Shown here in pieces: positions 63,331-64,000 of a stretch of DNA of 64,000 nt. The number at the start of each line of letters is the position of its first letter. Positions within the stretch are counted from its first letter, which is position 1. Under the pieces are notes generated by a model. The model made no database searches. It saw nothing but the letters and a program-made list of their open reading frames with translations, and was not told where the DNA came from. Source of the DNA: Octopus sinensis (taxonomy: Eukaryota); the NCBI RefSeq assembly GCF_006345805.1, contig NC_043002.1:36270001-36334000 (forward strand), given 5' to 3'. Both the position numbers and the translations under genes were made by a program.

Positions 63331-64000
63331 AAACAAGATTCCAAGGGAGCGGAAGATCCTCATGAGGCAACGGATGAGAGTCTGCTTTGTTTGCTGTTGT
63401 CATATTTGTAATATGAGAGTATGTGACTGATGAATCTGTCAGTTCTACTATGTGTGACTCTGTGTCACATGTAGGGAGATTAAGTTGGCAATAGAGAATC
63501 TTGAAACAACTTTCATATTCTGTTGCTGTTGGAACATGTCTCAATGAAGCATTGTCCTTGCTTCATATCAAACTTCATATCAAATCCATGGATTTGGGGA
63601 AGTCTATTTAACTCCATACTCTGTATTTAGAGTAAAATCCAGAAGTCAAGGCAAATGGTGATGATCTGTGTTAGTAACAATTGGAACATTGAAGAATGCT
63701 TGTGTGTATGATGGCAATGAAGACAGAACAAGTCATTAGTCAAAAAAAGAGAGGACAGTGTCTTCAATTTTCGAAGGTCTTCTAAATATAATGAAATTTA
63801 TATTGTTCGTGTCCTGTTTGATCAATTGCAAATTCCAGTGTATCGTAGTCCTGGAGAGGAAGGACTGGCTAAAGTTTTTTGTGCTGGATCTGAGTAAAGT
63901 TGACTGGAGGAGTAGGAGAGTAAGATGATTTTTGTTGGGGATGGTTTAGCAGATGGCTAGTTCAGAAAACAGAGGCTGCAGTAATAGAATAACAGGCAGA

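Overview
AT-rich animal genomic DNA, not prokaryotic. The SINE/LINE families and microsatellite load most resemble an octopus/cephalopod genome (recognised from memory, not searched). Four host genes are readable. (1) An intronless TEDC1 (-, 4077-5387). (2) A 12-coding-exon STRAD pseudokinase (+, 20384-36946), apparently head-to-head with TEDC1. (3) A 3-coding-exon MPST-type sulfurtransferase (-, 40382-49190), convergent with STRAD. (4) The first coding exon of syntaxin-16 (+, 54671-54751), missed by the ORF track; the rest of that gene lies beyond the window. The remainder is mostly transposon-derived: RTE and CR1-like LINEs, Penelope-like fragments, tRNA-derived SINEs, a full-length decayed mariner, a Merlin/IS1595-like element, hAT MITEs and a solo LTR. 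The most unusual signals are hammerhead-ribozyme-like motifs: one at 60970-61007 and a pair inside each unit of a ~311-bp tandem repeat in an MPST intron. Also notable are a hairpin-rich VNTR in the RTE 3' UTR, inverted repeats bracketing exons, and a long hairpin just upstream of STX16. All ribozyme calls are degenerate, hand-folded and unproven. No CRISPR array, rRNA or true tRNA gene is supported.
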